Assembly: GCA_963796275.1 (NCBI GenBank)
Contig: CAWCKY010000003.1
Coordinates: 1,312,001-1,376,000 of the forward strand
From: an uncultured Acidobacteriota bacterium
GTDB lineage: Bacteria > Acidobacteriota > Blastocatellia > RBC074
DNA: 64,000 nt
Direction of reading: 5' to 3'
Both the position numbers and the translations under genes were made by a program. The notes under the pieces were generated by a model, which was given only the letters and a program-made list of their open reading frames with translations, was not told the origin of the DNA and made no database searches. This document shows, one piece after another, positions 9,669 through 22,594 of the stretch; position 1 is the stretch's first letter, and every line of letters begins with the position of its first letter.

Positions 9669-10613
9669 TTATCTATATTGCCGCCCGCGGCTGTCCGTTT
9701 TTACCTCGATCGCGCGCGACGGAACACCGCACGCCGCGAGCCTCGCTTTCATCTCTTCACCGATCATCCCGCAATTTTCGGTGGCGAACGCGATGAGCGT
9801 CGATCCGGCGCCGCTGATCGCTACACCCAGCAGACCAGGGTATTTGACGGCTTCGTCATTTAGTTGCAGAACCTCGCTCAATCCTCGTGTGACCGGCGCG
9901 CGGTAAGGCTGATGCAGGCGATCGCGCAGCGCTTCATTGAATAGATCGTAGCGGCCTTCCGCAAGAACGGCCTGCAGCAATGCGCCGCGCTGCAGATTGT
10001 AGATCGCGTCGTGACGCGTCACCATCTGCGGTAGGACCGCCCGCATCTTTGCCGTCTCCATTTCGAACTCGGGGATGCAAAGGACGATCTTGATCGCATC
10101 AGGCCACGGTCGCTTGACTGCGATCAGCGAGCGGCGTTCCGAACCAGAATAGTCGATAAATTCTTTGACCACGGCTACGACCAATCCCCCGAGCATGCTC
10201 GGCGCAAGGTTGTCGCCGTGTCCTTCGAAATGGAGCGCATATTCGAAGAAGTCTTCTTGCTCCAACCGGTCGCCGGTCAGCGCTTCGTAGACCGAAATGC
10301 CGGCGATGATTGCCGCACTGCTGCTGCCCAATCCGCGTGAGAGCGGGATCTGGCTATCAACCCGCAAACGCGCGCCGGGCAGAGTGTTTTCCTTACTTTT
10401 TATAGCAGCAACGTAGCGTGCCGAGCGAAAAATCAGATTCGATTCATCTCGGGAAACCTTTTCCGCGCCTTCTCCGCTGGGATTGATAACGAATCCGTGA
10501 GTTTGCGGCTCGACCTCGACGCGCAGATAGAGCGAGAGCGCGAGGCCGCAGGTATCGAAACTGGCCCCTAGATTTGAAGTGGAGGCGGGAACTATGATTT
10601 CTGACTTAGCCAT
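9669..10613 (-). CDS. thrB: Homoserine kinase
   Basis: [39 protein letters not shown]. Confidence 0.95.
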   Translation of the reverse strand: MAKSEIIVPASTSNLGASFDTCGLALSLYLRVEVEPQTHGFVINPSGEGAEKVSRDESNLIFRSARYVAAIKSKENTLPGARLRVDSQIPLSRGLGSSSAAIIAGISVYEALTGDRLEQEDFFEYALHFEGHGDNLAPSMLGGLVVAVVKEFIDYSGSERRSLIAVKRPWPDAIKIVLCIPEFEMETAKMRAVLPQMVTRHDAIYNLQRGALLQAVLAEGRYDLFNEALRDRLHQPYRAPVTRGLSEVLQLNDEAVKYPGLLGVAISGAGSTLIAFATENCGMIGEEMKARLAACGVPSRAIEVKTDSRGRQYR

Positions 10614-10617
10614 TTAT

Positions 10618-10716
10618 GATTGCTGATTGCGGATAGCTTCCCCAAAAAACACGGAAAATACGGAATCACAAAATGCGCTTCGTTTTTTAACCGTCATTCT
10701 TATCACTTTTTGTGGC
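10618..10716. repeat. Short-period palindromic element (GATTGCN heptamers plus imperfect CACAAAA/TTTTGTG arms)
   Basis: GATTGCT GATTGCG GATAGCT next to thrB start; ACACGGAAA ATACGGAAT CACAAAA ... TTTTTGTGGC. Confidence 0.55.
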
Positions 10717-10723
10717 AAGTCTC

Positions 10724-11752
10724 TCAAGCACCGATGAATCGTGCATATAAAGACCGGGCAAAATTCGGGTCGTCCGTCCCTTTGATGATGCACCGGGCAT
10801 CGGAGAAGAGTGTCATCTCGTATTCTCCCGAGGTGAACTTCAGCAAATAGCGATTGTAACTCACTTCGCCCGCAGCGCGCAGACGTTCGGCGAGCTCTGC
10901 GAAATCGACCTTTACACTCGCAGGCGGCGTGACCTGCACCGCATTGCGACCGCAAAGCGTTGTGGTGAGTTGTCGTGAGCGGGCCGTGAGGAAATCATAA
11001 TGGCCGTCCATGCAGGTGCGGCAAATATCCGGTCCGCGGAAATTTTCAATGTTTAGCCTGGTAAACCTGTTCTCCCATAAATCGAATTGGAGAAGCGACC
11101 CGTGGAGCTTTTCGATGTGGCCTGCGAGGAGCTTCAGGGCTTCGGAGACCTGATATGAGGCGACGGCGGCAATCACGGGCAGAATAACTCCGGCTGTGTC
11201 GCAGGTTGGAGAAGAGCCCGGCGCGGGTAATTCGGGGAAGAGGCAGCGCAGGCATGGGGTTTCGTGCGGGCGAATTGTCATTTGCAGGCCATAAGCCCCG
11301 ACTGCTGCGCCGTAGACCCACGGCTTTTTCAGTTTCACCGCCGCATCGTTAATGAGGAAGCGGGTTTCGAAATTATCGGATCCGTCGAGGACAATATCGG
11401 TATCGACGATCAGATCTTCGACGTTCGAGTAATCCACATCTTTGACTATCGCTTCGGCCTTGATTTCGGAATTGATGCGATTGATACGCGCTTCGGCGGC
11501 GACCGCTTTGGGCAATCTTTCGATAACATCCCTCTCTTCAAACATGATCTGGCGTTGGAGGTTGGACTCTTCAATGAAGTCACGGTCAATTAACCGCAGG
11601 CGGCCGACCCCGGCGCGGGCCAGCATCTCGGCCTGCATCGCCCCGAGCGCGCCACATCCAATAATTGTCGCGTGAGAGTCTGCGAGTCGTTTCTGACCTT
11701 CTCTGCCAATGCCTGAGAAGAGTGTCTGGCGGGAATATCGTTCGAGATTCAT
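10724..11752 (-). CDS. ThiF/MoeB family adenylyltransferase
   Basis: [28 protein letters not shown]. Confidence 0.9.
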   Translation of the reverse strand: MNLERYSRQTLFSGIGREGQKRLADSHATIIGCGALGAMQAEMLARAGVGRLRLIDRDFIEESNLQRQIMFEERDVIERLPKAVAAEARINRINSEIKAEAIVKDVDYSNVEDLIVDTDIVLDGSDNFETRFLINDAAVKLKKPWVYGAAVGAYGLQMTIRPHETPCLRCLFPELPAPGSSPTCDTAGVILPVIAAVASYQVSEALKLLAGHIEKLHGSLLQFDLWENRFTRLNIENFRGPDICRTCMDGHYDFLTARSRQLTTTLCGRNAVQVTPPASVKVDFAELAERLRAAGEVSYNRYLLKFTSGEYEMTLFSDARCIIKGTDDPNFARSLYARFIGA

Positions 11753-11769
11753 CTTCCGCTAACGGGTCT

Positions 11770-11862
11770 GGAAGAAAGAGCGAGGGATCGGGAGAGTGAG
11801 ACAGGAGAACTGGAGGAATTCTGTTTAATTCCTCGCTCTCTCCCCACTCTCCCGCATCTTCC
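11770..11862. repeat. Palindromic element with ~8-nt purine/pyrimidine arms
   Basis: GGAAGA..CGGGAGAGTG..GAGGAATT / AATTCCTC..CACTCTCCCG..TCTTCC. Confidence 0.65.
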
Positions 11863-12523
11863 TTACTGGGTTGTTTTGATCAAGACCTCGGTTCCAACCG
11901 GCAGTTTAACCTGTTTGCTGCCCGTAATGACCTTTGAGCCTGCTCCTGCGCCACCGCCGACGACTGCGCCGATTGCGGCTCCCTTGCCGCCGCCGGCAAT
12001 GCCGCCGATAATCGCGCCAAGTGCCGCGCCGCCACCCGTACGAACAGCCGTATCCTTACCCTGGCTGCCGCTCTTGACGTTCCCTTCTTCATCGACCTCC
12101 TTGGCCGATTTTTCGTCGTAGATTGTAACGACTTGTGCGGCTAACGGGATCGTCCGGCCACTGGTGAGCTGTATCTTGTCGAATGTCAGTGAAAGCTGTG
12201 TCTGACCTTTTACCTTGCCCGATTGATTGATCTGCGCTATATGACCCTCAACCGTTGAGTCCATATATTTATCCGGTGATAACACGATGGCCGTGAATGT
12301 GTCACCGTTTTTCGCTTTTTTCGTGTCGATCTCATTCTCCAGACGAATCTTCATCTCCGTTCCGACCGGTACACGAGGAGCACGCTGCGCGGATGAGCTG
12401 GACTTTTTCGTGCTCGATTTTTTACTCGTCGTCTGCGCATATGAGGATGCACCGGATAAGGCGATCATCAACGCGATGCCGAGCGTGAGTAAGCCGGTAT
12501 CTGGTAATTGCTTGAATTTTCAT
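11863..12523 (-). CDS. Secreted protein with TrbI-like beta domain and glycine zipper; extra base near 12498
   Basis: RBS AAGGAG + ATG 12523 is one base out of frame with the signal peptide [21 protein letters not shown]; [22 protein letters not shown] glycine zipper. Confidence 0.72.
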
Positions 12524-13110
12524 GAACTTCACTCCTTCAGATTAACAACCCGCATTTTATTCTGCGGGATTTATGGGAGGAATTAGATCACCAGCTTAAC
12601 AAACAAATGGGAGCGTTGAAAGCAGGCGCCCGGTACATTGTTTCATCGAATTGTTGGCGATGCAGCGATAAGTGAGTTTACTAAGATAGACGCTGTTCAT
12701 ATAATCTCCATCATTTTGCATCGCATTAAAACTGTATGGAGATGGAGGCGCTGGGGAATAACTATTATGCTGGTAGATATGTTAGTACACCTGGCTGATT
12801 TCGTACTGGATGCTTTATTTGGCTGGCGTCTCATTTCTGGCAGCAGGTCAAAGCATCGTACTGAAATAACCGAAAAGAAGAAATCTGCGATGAGATAGGT
12901 GAACCCTCGGGATGATGGCCTATAAGAAAATCGGGCGCGACACTCTCAAGCTGGCCGGGTGGAAAACAGAGCTCCGAGACTCGCTTCAGGATCAGAGCAT
13001 CGGGAAACTGAAAGAAGTAATTTTCGGCGGGAAAGTCTCCAATTAAGCGTGATTTTTAGGCGTTCACCTGCTACTCACGCACCACCAAGTGAAAGTGATA
13101 TTTGATCTAA

Positions 13111-14206
13111 ATGACTGTTAGCACATTGTTTAAGCCAGAGAATCTTCTCAATTTGTTATTGATCTTCGTTCCGACTGCCGTTGTGCTCGAATTGACTCAT
13201 GCCAATCCGATAGCAATTTTCATCACCTCAGCGCTCGCGATAATCCCGCTGGCCGGATGGATGGGACGAGCCACCGAACATCTGGCTGAAAAGCTGGGTC
13301 AGGGAATTGGCGGCTTGCTCAACGCCACTTTTGGCAATGCCGCTGAGTTGATCATCGCTATGATGGCTCTGAGGAGAGGGTTATTCGATGTAGTCAAAGC
13401 CTCGATTACCGGCTCGATCATCGGAAATGTCCTGCTCGTTCTCGGTCTGGCCATTGTCCTGGGCGGGGTGAAATATCCGAAGCAGGTTTTCAACCGAACG
13501 GCGGCGACGCTCGGGTCGACGCTGCTGGTGTTGTCGGCTATCGGACTTCTCATGCCCGCCGTATTCCATCTTCTGGTGAAAGATAAACCCGGAGTTCACG
13601 AACAGGACCTCAGCCTGGAGATCGCCGTCGTACTGTTCATCACCTATATCCTGAGCCTAATCTTCACCCTCCGCACCCATCATCATCTATACTCCGGAGG
13701 CGTCGAATCCGTCGAGGGGCATACGGCTAGCACGACGGGAGGCTGGAGCAAGCCGCGATCGGTTATCGTCCTGTTGATAGCGACGGGCCTGGTGGCATTG
13801 ATGAGCGAATTTCTGGTGGGAGCGGTCGAAACGACTTCGGAGGCTTTAGGTCTGACCGAAGTCTTCGTCGGTGTTATTCTGGTCGCTATCATCGGTAATG
13901 CGGCCGAACATTCAACCGCTGTACTGGTGGCGATGAAGGATAAGATGGAATCTGGCGCTCAACATCGCCATCGGGTCGAGCATGCAGATAGCGCTTTTCG
14001 TTGCTCCCGTCCTGGTATTCATCAGTTACCTTTTTGGTAAGCCGATGGACCTGCTCTTTACGACCCTCGAAGTCGTGACCGTCGCCGTTTCAGTTGTGAT
14101 CGTCTCTCTTATCGCGCAGGATGGAGAAACTAACTGGATGGAGGGCGTTTTGCTATTGGCTGTCTATACGATTCTTGGGTTTACTTTTTATATGCTTCCG
14201 GTTTGA
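13111..14206 (+). CDS. cax: Ca2+/H+ antiporter (CAX/ChaA); extra base near 13950
   Basis: [13 protein letters not shown] and GNAAEH repeats; C-terminus ([11 protein letters not shown]...DGETNWMEG) in shifted frame. Confidence 0.9.
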
Positions 14207-14223
14207 TAAGTCGACGGGGGCAG

Positions 14224-14319
14224 CGCGGATTGCTCACGGATACCATGGATCAGCCGGATTTTATCGAGTCTTCATCCGTGCCGATCCGCCGCATCCGCGA
14301 GTATCTGCGGTATATCTGC
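14224..14319. repeat. Palindromic element with ~9-nt period (GGAT units / ATCC units)
   Basis: CGCGGAT..CACGGAT..CATGGAT..GCCGGAT // ATCCGTG..ATCCGCC..ATCCGCG..ATCTGCG. Confidence 0.7.
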
Positions 14320-14350
14320 ACTGATCTTCTGTTTCGGTAAGTTTGCCCGT

Positions 14351-15526
14351 ATGAATAAAATTTCTCTCGGATTGGAATTATTGCTCGCCGAGCGCACGAA
14401 ATTGTTGAAAGGCTCACGTGTAGGTTTAATTTGCAATCCATCATCTGTTGATCATCGTTTCTCTCACGCTGCCGATCTTTTCCATTCACACCCTGACATT
14501 AATTTAACTGCACTTTTCGGCCCCCAGCACGGCATCCGCGGCGAAACCCAGGACAATATGATCGAGTGGGAGGGCTTCCGTGATCCGCGTACCGGTGTTA
14601 TGGCGTTTTCACTGTATGGCGTGGTTCGTGAGCCGACCGAAGAGATGCTGCGCGATGTCGATGTTTTGGTCTTCGATTTACAGGATGTCGGTACGCGCGT
14701 TTACACGTTCATCTATACGATGTCGCTGGCCATGCGTGCGGCCGCCAGAAGCGGCAAGCGAGTCGTAGTTCTCGACCGGCCCAATCCGATAGGCGGAGAA
14801 GCGATCGAGGGAAATCTCCTGGAACCGGGCTGCGAATCATTCGTCGGGCTGCATCCGTACTTGCCAATGCGGCACGGGATGACCGTAGCCGAACTCGCCC
14901 GAATGTTCAACGTTGAATTTGGGATCGGTTGTGACCTGGAAGTCGTGCCTATGAGCGGTTATCGGCGCGAGTTCTGGTTCAGCGATACCGACGCGCCCTG
15001 GGTGATTCCGTCGCCGAACATACCTACGGTCGAGACGGCGAAAGTCTACCCTGGAACGGTCATGGTTGAAGGGACGAGGATGAGCGAAGGGCGGGGAACT
15101 ACGCGGCCATTCGAGATCAACGGCGCGCCATATGTTTCCGCGCAAGATATGGCTGATGAATTAAATCGCATGAGTCTTCCCGGCGTCTATTTCCGGCCGC
15201 ACAGCTTCATTCCGACTTTTCAGAAACACGCGGGCGTGTTGTGTGGAGGAGTTCAGGTCCACGTGCTTGACCGCAACGCATTCAGACCGGTCATTACCGG
15301 CGTAACGTTGATCAAAACGGTTCGCGATCTTTACCCACAAGAGTTTCAATGGCAGGAGCCACCCTACGAATACGTCCTTGACCGGCTTCCATTCGATGTC
15401 ATTACAGGGACAACGCAGCTTCGCCGGCAGATAGAAGGCGGATCATCGATCGAGGATATTGCAAAGTTCTGGGAGGAGGGGGAGAATGACTTTAGCGCGA
15501 GGCGAACGACATATCTGCTTTATTGA
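14351..15526 (+). CDS. DUF1343 exo-beta-N-acetylmuramidase NamZ-like
   Basis: [52 protein letters not shown]. Confidence 0.9.
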   Translation: MNKISLGLELLLAERTKLLKGSRVGLICNPSSVDHRFSHAADLFHSHPDINLTALFGPQHGIRGETQDNMIEWEGFRDPRTGVMAFSLYGVVREPTEEMLRDVDVLVFDLQDVGTRVYTFIYTMSLAMRAAARSGKRVVVLDRPNPIGGEAIEGNLLEPGCESFVGLHPYLPMRHGMTVAELARMFNVEFGIGCDLEVVPMSGYRREFWFSDTDAPWVIPSPNIPTVETAKVYPGTVMVEGTRMSEGRGTTRPFEINGAPYVSAQDMADELNRMSLPGVYFRPHSFIPTFQKHAGVLCGGVQVHVLDRNAFRPVITGVTLIKTVRDLYPQEFQWQEPPYEYVLDRLPFDVITGTTQLRRQIEGGSSIEDIAKFWEEGENDFSARRTTYLLY

Positions 15527-15541
15527 TTGTCGATAGATGGC

Positions 15542-16129
15542 ATGAAATCCTTATCCGAATACCTGATTGAGGCTGAGGCGAATCACGGTCATATGTGCCC
15601 GGGGCAGGTCCTCGGTGTACGGATGGCGATGCTCGGCTGCAGGCTGGTGGGAATCGATGAGCCCAAAACCGGTAAGCGGCTAATCGTTTTTGTGGAGATC
15701 GACCGCTGCGCAGCCGATGCGCTCAACACGGTAACCGGATGCCGTTTGGGCAGGCGCACGCTCAAGTACCGCGATTTCGGCAAGCTGGCGGCAACCTTCC
15801 TCGACACTGCGACCGAGGACGCCGTGCGGGTGGTTGCTCTCGAATCGTCACGAGAGCTGGCGAGGGAATGCTTCGGCCATCTGCCAACTAAGAAGGCGCA
15901 GCAGCTCGAAGCATACAAGACATTACCCGATGAGGAATTGTTCAGCTGGCAGCGTGTGCGTGTGCCTCTCGCAGAGGCAGATCGCCCCGGCCATCCGTTG
16001 ACGAGGGTGGCGTGCGAGATTTGCGGGGAAGGAATCAACGATCAGCGGGAAGTTTTGCGTGACGGAAAGATTTTATGCCGAGCGTGTGCGGGTGAAAAAT
16101 ACTATGAGGTAGTGGATGCCGGAATTTAG
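15542..16129 (+). CDS. FmdE family protein with C-terminal Zn finger
   Basis: [32 protein letters not shown]...CRAC. Confidence 0.88.
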   Translation: MKSLSEYLIEAEANHGHMCPGQVLGVRMAMLGCRLVGIDEPKTGKRLIVFVEIDRCAADALNTVTGCRLGRRTLKYRDFGKLAATFLDTATEDAVRVVALESSRELARECFGHLPTKKAQQLEAYKTLPDEELFSWQRVRVPLAEADRPGHPLTRVACEICGEGINDQREVLRDGKILCRACAGEKYYEVVDAGI

Positions 16130-16201
16130 TCGCAGAGAAACAGAGGGGAAATTAAGTGGGGGATTGCACCGCATAAAATTTTTACGCTAAGATTTCATGC
16201 G

Positions 16202-17158
16202 ATGATCAGTCACGCACATCACAATCATCATAACCACGGTAGTTCCCACGATCACGCCCACCATGTGCCCTTTCACCAGGTGCACGACCGTGGCTCATCA
16301 CAGAAATTGCTGCTCATCGTTCTCGCGATCACCTTTATTTACATGATTGCGGAAGCGATCGGGGGATATTTTGCCAACAGCCTGGCATTACTCTCCGATG
16401 CAGGGCATATGTTTACCGACGTAGCGGCCCTGGCGCTTTCCTTGCTTGCGGTGCGGTTTGCTTCACGACCCGCGACGCCGAGAAAGACCTATGGTTTTTA
16501 CCGCCTCGAGATACTCGCGGCGCTGGTGAATGGCGCATCTCTCATTGTGTTGTCGCTGCTCATCTGTTTCGAGGCATACCAGAGGCTGCGCCATTCCGAA
16601 GAAGTGAAGGGATGGACATTAATCCTGATCTCGAGCGGCGGGCTGATCGTCAATCTCATATCCGCGTACCTGCTCTCGAGAGGTCAGAGAGAGACGCTCA
16701 ACGTGCGGGGGGCATTCCTCCATGTTTTGGGCGACCTTCTGGGTTCGGTCGCTGCGATCGCAGCCGGCGTGCTCATCATCTGGCGCGGATGGAAATGGGC
16801 CGATCCCGTTTTCAGCGTCGTCATCAGCATCCTGATCATCTACAGCTCGTGGCGTCTGGTCGCCGACGCGGTCAATATACTGCTCGAAGGAACGCCCTCG
16901 CATATAAATATCGCTGCCGTCGAAGAGGCGATGCGCACGGTATCCGGCGTACGCGAAGTCCATGATTTGCACATCTGGACTATCACTTCGGGCCGTCACG
17001 CGGTGACGGTTCATGTAGTAGTAAACGATGCCGGCGAAAGTTATCGCATCCTGCGCGAGCTTCGCGAACTGCTGGCGCATCGTTTTGCGCTCTCTCATTC
17101 GACGATCCAGATCGAAGACCCTACCTTCGCGACCATGGTTAATTTCACAAGGAAATAA
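16202..17158 (+). CDS. CDF family Zn/Co/Cd efflux transporter (CzcD-like)
   Basis: His-rich N-terminus, [26 protein letters not shown]. Confidence 0.93.
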   Translation: MISHAHHNHHNHGSSHDHAHHVPFHQVHDRGSSQKLLLIVLAITFIYMIAEAIGGYFANSLALLSDAGHMFTDVAALALSLLAVRFASRPATPRKTYGFYRLEILAALVNGASLIVLSLLICFEAYQRLRHSEEVKGWTLILISSGGLIVNLISAYLLSRGQRETLNVRGAFLHVLGDLLGSVAAIAAGVLIIWRGWKWADPVFSVVISILIIYSSWRLVADAVNILLEGTPSHINIAAVEEAMRTVSGVREVHDLHIWTITSGRHAVTVHVVVNDAGESYRILRELRELLAHRFALSHSTIQIEDPTFATMVNFTRK

Positions 17159-17264
17159 CCATAACATTTATCATTTATCATTGTTCATTTATCATTTGTC
17201 ATTGAAAAACTCGGGCCCGGTTTTTCAATGACAAATGACAAATGAACAATGATAAATGTTATGG
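17159..17264. repeat. Near-perfect ~106-bp palindrome of TCATTTR heptamers between convergent genes
   Basis: Arms are reverse complements except for one extra ATTTATC unit and one mismatch. Confidence 0.9.
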
Positions 17265-18464
17265 GTGCATGTAATCAGTCCACAGAAACAGATAAGTTCC
17301 ATAAGCGTTGATCGTTATCGAAGCGATGAGCAGGATAACTTCCAACGGCGTTATCCGCTTCGGACTATTTTCGAGCAGTATCAAAAAAATCCACGGGAAT
17401 AGTTCAATCGCATACCTGTAAGAGAACTGCCATCCGCCCGTATTCCCGTGACACCATAAAACGAGAGTGAGCAATCCGATCGCACACCACGAGAGCCATT
17501 TCAGAGTGGCATCGCACGAACCTCGTCTGAAGAGATAGATCAGATAAGGGCTGCTAAGGAATATCGAGCCGCCAAAACCTGTCGGAACCAGGTAAGGAAA
17601 TATTTCCACCCGTCGCCATGTCTCAAAGAGCATGGCTTGTATATTTCCAGGTATCGCATGGATCGAGAAGATGCCGTGTTGATACCAGGGCTCTTCCAGA
17701 ACACCGGGAATACGCGCATAGCCGAAATCGAAGACCGATCCGAAGCGCGCATAGTTGTATGCGAGAGTTGCGATACCCAGGGCTACTGGAATCGCGATGA
17801 AACCGGCAATGGCATACCACCGCGCCCGGGCTTCCCTCTGTGTCCGGTAGATCGAATAGATGAAGATAGGCGCGAGCAGAATGATCTCCGTCCGGTTGCC
17901 GAATGCCATGGCGAAGAATAGTCCGGCGAGCGCCGGCACGGGTTTGATGAGGATGAAATAAAGCGACGCCAGTTGGCCGACCACGGCCGCGCCGAGCGCT
18001 ATCTGCCATGCTCCGGCAAAAGCCAGATTGGCCCACATCCAACTGCCAAAGATAGGAAATAATGTCAGAAGCAGACGCCGTTCGGGACTATCGTTATTTT
18101 TTGCCGATATGGAAAAGAGGAGCAATGCTGCAGCTGAGGCGAGCAGAGCGGCTATAAAAATGCCAGGAAAATCGCTGACCAGTCCCAGCTCCGCGAGGAT
18201 GGCAAAGGGCATCATCGTCAGCACGCTTCCCAGCGGAAAGACCGAATAGTACCGGTCATTTTGAGGGACCATTTCGTTGAGATGTGGTGGAGGAGGTTCG
18301 CTCAGACCCAGATCGCCGTGAAGCAGTGCGGAAGCGATTCGAAACGTGTAGTCGTAATACGAGATCGAATTCGGATTGGAGGCGAAATAGATGAGGAAGG
18401 AGAGCGCAGGTAAGAGTAGATAACCACTCGCATAATATATCCGAGGTGTTATGTTTATTCTCAT
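17259..18464 (-). CDS. Multi-pass membrane protein, possibly GT-C-fold glycosyltransferase
   Basis: About 10 hydrophobic segments, [17 protein letters not shown]; function inferred. Confidence 0.6.
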   Translation of the reverse strand: MRINITPRIYYASGYLLLPALSFLIYFASNPNSISYYDYTFRIASALLHGDLGLSEPPPPHLNEMVPQNDRYYSVFPLGSVLTMMPFAILAELGLVSDFPGIFIAALLASAAALLLFSISAKNNDSPERRLLLTLFPIFGSWMWANLAFAGAWQIALGAAVVGQLASLYFILIKPVPALAGLFFAMAFGNRTEIILLAPIFIYSIYRTQREARARWYAIAGFIAIPVALGIATLAYNYARFGSVFDFGYARIPGVLEEPWYQHGIFSIHAIPGNIQAMLFETWRRVEIFPYLVPTGFGGSIFLSSPYLIYLFRRGSCDATLKWLSWCAIGLLTLVLWCHGNTGGWQFSYRYAIELFPWIFLILLENSPKRITPLEVILLIASITINAYGTYLFLWTDYMHP

Positions 18465-18550
18465 ACTCAGAGACAAGGCATAAGCAAAGGATAAACGTGC
18501 AAAAGGAACAAAGGAACAGAATATCTCGGGCATCTGCTGCTTTTGGTTTT

Positions 18551-19534
18551 TTATCTCGCCAGATCGATTTGTGGATCGATCGATTTGGCGGGAGATTCCT
18601 TGCTAGAGGATTCTTCAGGAGAAGGTTGCGCAGGGGTAGTGGGTTCGACCGGAATGATCTCGACGACCGCCAGCCCCTCTTTCAATCGATCGAGCTCCTT
18701 CTCGAGATTATTGAGAGCAGCTCTGGCGGCGGCCTGGTGCGCGCCCTTGATCGTCGTGCCTTCGCCGGTGGCGAGACAGTAACCGTTGACTCGCAGTTCG
18801 ACCTGAAAGACGCGCTTATGATCGGGTCCGAGGCTTTCGACGATGGCATATTGAGGGGTGGGCAGCCCATAGGATTGGAGTCGTTCCTGAAGGGCGGTCT
18901 TATAGTCTGTGCCCGTCAGGTTCTGTGGATCGATCTCGATGAATGTCGAGGCGAACTCGCGGCGGATGAAATGCTTAGCCGCTTCGATCCCGCCATCGAG
19001 ATATATCGCCGCAATCAGGGCTTCGTAAGCATCGACCTGGAGCGCCATCTTGCTGCGGCCGCCGGTCTTCTCCTCGCCGCGGTTGAGCAACAGGTAGCTG
19101 CCAAGCCTCAAGCGGGCTGCGTGTTTTTGGAGATTTACCGCGCTGACTGCATATGCGCGCATCTTTGAGAGCGTGCCCTCAGTGTGCGTGGGGTGAAGCT
19201 CGAGCAGCCAGGAGCTGATCAGAAACTCGAGCACGGCGTCGCCGAGGAATTCCAACGCCTCGTTGTGCAACGGTCGCGGGTCCGGCTGTTCATTCGCGAA
19301 TGACCGATGCGTCAGAGCGCGACGCAGAAAGGCGCGATCGCGAAATCTATACTCTATCGCGCTCTCCAGTTGAGCCAACATACCTTCGAAGGCGCCAAGG
19401 AAAGAGATACCCCCTTCGACCAGCGTCGCGGTCTCATGTTCCTTCGGCTCTTCGGATAACTGCTCAGTTAACGTATCAACCTTATTTTCGATTGAATTGT
19501 CGCCCACAACTCTGAGTGCAGTGAAAGCCAGCAC
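18551..19534 (-). CDS. rnc: Ribonuclease III (start uncertain)
   Basis: [33 protein letters not shown], ds[11 protein letters not shown]...GPDH. Confidence 0.95.
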   Translation of the reverse strand: MLAFTALRVVGDNSIENKVDTLTEQLSEEPKEHETATLVEGGISFLGAFEGMLAQLESAIEYRFRDRAFLRRALTHRSFANEQPDPRPLHNEALEFLGDAVLEFLISSWLLELHPTHTEGTLSKMRAYAVSAVNLQKHAARLRLGSYLLLNRGEEKTGGRSKMALQVDAYEALIAAIYLDGGIEAAKHFIRREFASTFIEIDPQNLTGTDYKTALQERLQSYGLPTPQYAIVESLGPDHKRVFQVELRVNGYCLATGEGTTIKGAHQAAARAALNNLEKELDRLKEGLAVVEIIPVEPTTPAQPSPEESSSKESPAKSIDPQIDLAR

Positions 19535-19629
19535 TCGAGATGAGAGCTGGCTTTCGCTGCGGCACCGCCTATTTTTTCATCTGTTCTAATCAGATGACGA
19601 GGATCGATTTTAGCCGTATTGGAGGATAT

Positions 19630-20890
19630 TTATCGTTTACGGCCACTTTTCTTGGGCGTAGTCTTGCCCTTAGTCGTTTTGCCGCTCGTAGCCTTTGTCC
19701 CATTGGTGGTTCCGGTTGTCGGAACGGCCGTCGCACCAGTGGTCAATTTGGTCGTGCCGCCGGTTGCAGACGGCGCTGGAGCGCCCGTACCGTCATCAGC
19801 CTTTACCGGGACCGGCGGCCCCGGAACTGTCGGGTCGGCTTCAAAACTCTTGAGATATGGAGGAGCCTTCGTCGGGTCGTCGACGCGGAATTTCCAGAAA
19901 TTGTTAAAATCCTCCGTCGCATCGGTCTTCATCGCTGACAATTCCGGCTTGTTCGCTACCGCAATCATACGCGCCAGTTCCGGGATCATTTTTGTGTCGA
20001 GGAGATCATTTACCTGCTTGAGTAATTCCTTGCCTGAATCGCCGGTCTTCTGTTCGTCGGTCAGCGCATCATACTGCTTGCGCAATTCGGTGTATCTCTT
20101 GGTATAGATAGACCGGCGCATGCTGTAATTGTTCGGGTCCTTCCATCCGATATCCTTGTACTCCTGACTCCTTACTTTAATCGATTTGTCAATATAGGCT
20201 AACGCCTGATCTTGCGCATCGGTTTGGTCAGGTTTAGACAGAATCAGCATGTAACCGAGAACCTGATTCATATTGGCCAGTACCTGGTCACGCAGACTAA
20301 ATAGATTGTATTCGGTATATTGCTTTTTGTCCTTCTCAGCCGGCGCGAGCGTATCAAATGCAGTGAGCGCTCTATCGGCATATACCTTCACCCTGTCGTA
20401 GTTCTTGTATACTTCCGCAGCGACTGCCTGACTGGCGTACAATGCCTGAGATGCTATCACATAGAGCCGGTTTGCGTTTTTGGGATCGGTTTCAACCTCG
20501 AGAAAATCATCCCCGGCTGTCAGGATAGCCTCGAGATTAGTCGCATCCGGTTTTGATTCGGTATATTTTTTTAATGCGACGTTAAACTTCTCTATGGCCT
20601 TTGCATATATGTATTCATCGATCTTTTTCTTCGCAAATTCGATGTATTTTTTTTCCGAGTGATTGGGATATTTTTCGGTCAGCTCTTTCGAAAGCTGATA
20701 GCATTTCTCGGTATCTATCGGTTTCTTCGTGATACAGGCGTCATACCAGCCTTGAATGAACTCGATCTCTTTCGGGTCTTGTGCTGGTGCGTTTTGTGCA
20801 GGGGTAGATTGTGCTCGGGCAATTTGAGGTGAAAGCACAATCACACCGGTAAGCATCGCTAGCGCGGTTATATGAATAAAATTCTTCATG
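19630..20890 (-). CDS. Secreted helical protein of unknown function with T/G/K-rich tail
   Basis: Signal peptide MKNFIHITALAMLTG...ARAQ; long ORF; RBS GGAGG. Confidence 0.75.
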
Positions 20891-21015
20891 ATTAATCGAT
20901 CCTCCACAGTCTTCTTTAAGGATTCTTCCCGGGTTGTCGGGGCAAGCTACGTTGGGGTGCGTGGCTCGTCATATCTGATTTTGCTCTTAAAAATCTCGCT
21001 TCGGGTGCGCCTCTA

Positions 21016-21044
21016 TTGGACGCCGGAAGTCTTCCGTTAGTTCA
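21016..21044 (-). promoter_or_regulatory. Putative ECF sigma promoter
   Basis: Minus strand TGAACT-N16-CGTCCAA upstream of the 20890 gene. Confidence 0.4.
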
Positions 21045-21351
21045 CGCCTCCGGAATTTTTTTATAACTTCCTCCCCCTCGCCTTTGATCCTCTGCGTTTC
21101 GGGCTGCTTTTCCGCTCCCAAAACAAAGGTTGATTTACGAGTTAATAGTCGTGGCGGAGCTTATATTGACGCGGCGCTAACGGTTCCAGTCAGAACTTGT
21201 CAGATGCCTAGGTATTGTGCATGATTCGGATGCTTTGTCAAACGAGCAATTACCGGTTAACAAACGTAAATCGATAAACCACGACATAGCACAAGATCAA
21301 TTATTGCAGTAGTTGATTCAATGTCGCAAATCCACTTTTCAGAGTTGTATT

Positions 21352-22494
21352 ATGGCCTCTTTGTTAAATCATCTCAATACTCGTCAGGAAGCGATTCTGA
21401 ATTTGATCCGGGAACTGGTTGAGCGCGAGACCACTTCCCGTGCGGAGTCGAGCCTCAATGAGATCGCCCGTTTTGTTGGAAGGCAGTTGCAAATGGTGGG
21501 CGGTGAGATCGTTTTAACCGAACAGCGCGGATACGGCACACATCTGCGTGCGTATTTCGACTACCAGCACGACCCGGAAACCAGTCGCCTGCTCGTAATC
21601 GGCCATCTCGATACCGTCTGGCCCATCGGCACAATTGACAAAATGCCCTTCAAGGTCACTCAGGAAGGGCGCGCACATGGACCGGGAATCTTCGATATGA
21701 AATCGGGGATCGCGATTGTCATTGAAGCTTTGCGAACGATCGATACAATGAGACTGAAGACGCAGAGGCCGATCACAGTGCTCCTGACCTGCGACGAAGA
21801 GATAGGCAGTCGCACATCGCGTTCTCTGGTAGAAGATGAAGCGAAAAGGGCGGCGGCGGCACTGGTGCTCGAACCTCCGATCACGGGGGGCATCGTCAAG
21901 ACGGGACGGAAAGGGATAGGTAGCTTTACCATCCGAGCGATCGGGCGGGCGGCACATTCCGGGCTGGATCCAGACAAAGGCGTCAATGCAATCGTTGAAC
22001 TCGCCTATCAGACCCAGCGAGTGATGGCGCTCAATGATTACGTGCAGGGAATAACCGTCAACGTCGGGATGTTCAATGGCGGAACGGCCTTGAACGTTGT
22101 GCCCGCCGAGGCCACTGCTAAAGTCGATGTCCGGTTCTGGACGGCGAAGGATGGCGAAAGGATAATCAATGCCATCCGCGGACTCACCCCGGTACATGCC
22201 GGGTCGAAGCTTGAAATCTCGGGCGGAGTCAATCGGCCGCCGATGCCGCGCGATGAGAAGAACATTATGCTTTTCGAACATGCGCGGAGTCTGGCGGCGG
22301 AGATCGGGTTCCAATTGCGCGACCAGGTCGTCGGCGGCGGTTCGGATGGCAACTTTACGGCGGCCATGGGGGTGCCGACGCTCGACGGCCTGGGCGTCGA
22401 TGGCGCGGGAGCGCACGCGGAAAACGAGCACATTATCGTTAGCGATATACCGCGGCGGGCTGCGCTGTTGACCCGGCTAATGCAAACCGTGTGA
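21352..22494 (+). CDS. M20 family metallopeptidase (carboxypeptidase G2-like)
   Basis: [33 protein letters not shown]. Confidence 0.9.
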   Translation: MASLLNHLNTRQEAILNLIRELVERETTSRAESSLNEIARFVGRQLQMVGGEIVLTEQRGYGTHLRAYFDYQHDPETSRLLVIGHLDTVWPIGTIDKMPFKVTQEGRAHGPGIFDMKSGIAIVIEALRTIDTMRLKTQRPITVLLTCDEEIGSRTSRSLVEDEAKRAAAALVLEPPITGGIVKTGRKGIGSFTIRAIGRAAHSGLDPDKGVNAIVELAYQTQRVMALNDYVQGITVNVGMFNGGTALNVVPAEATAKVDVRFWTAKDGERIINAIRGLTPVHAGSKLEISGGVNRPPMPRDEKNIMLFEHARSLAAEIGFQLRDQVVGGGSDGNFTAAMGVPTLDGLGVDGAGAHAENEHIIVSDIPRRAALLTRLMQTV

Positions 22495-22594
22495 TTGCGC
22501 ATGAAGATTCACTGAAGCAGTCACGCAAAGATATAATATGTTTTCATTCATCGTGTTTTTGTGGTGAATCCTCAGCCGCAATCCGCAATTGTAT

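Noticed and set aside
13111-14206. Programmed frameshifting in cax, yyaL or DUF420
   Set aside because: No slippery sequence or stimulatory structure at the breaks; isolated single-base indels fit sequencing error better
21514-22431. Long antisense ORFs (also 16619-17167, 55255-56151, 58109-58891 and others)
   Set aside because: Shadows of well-supported genes on the opposite strand, with no recognisable motifs
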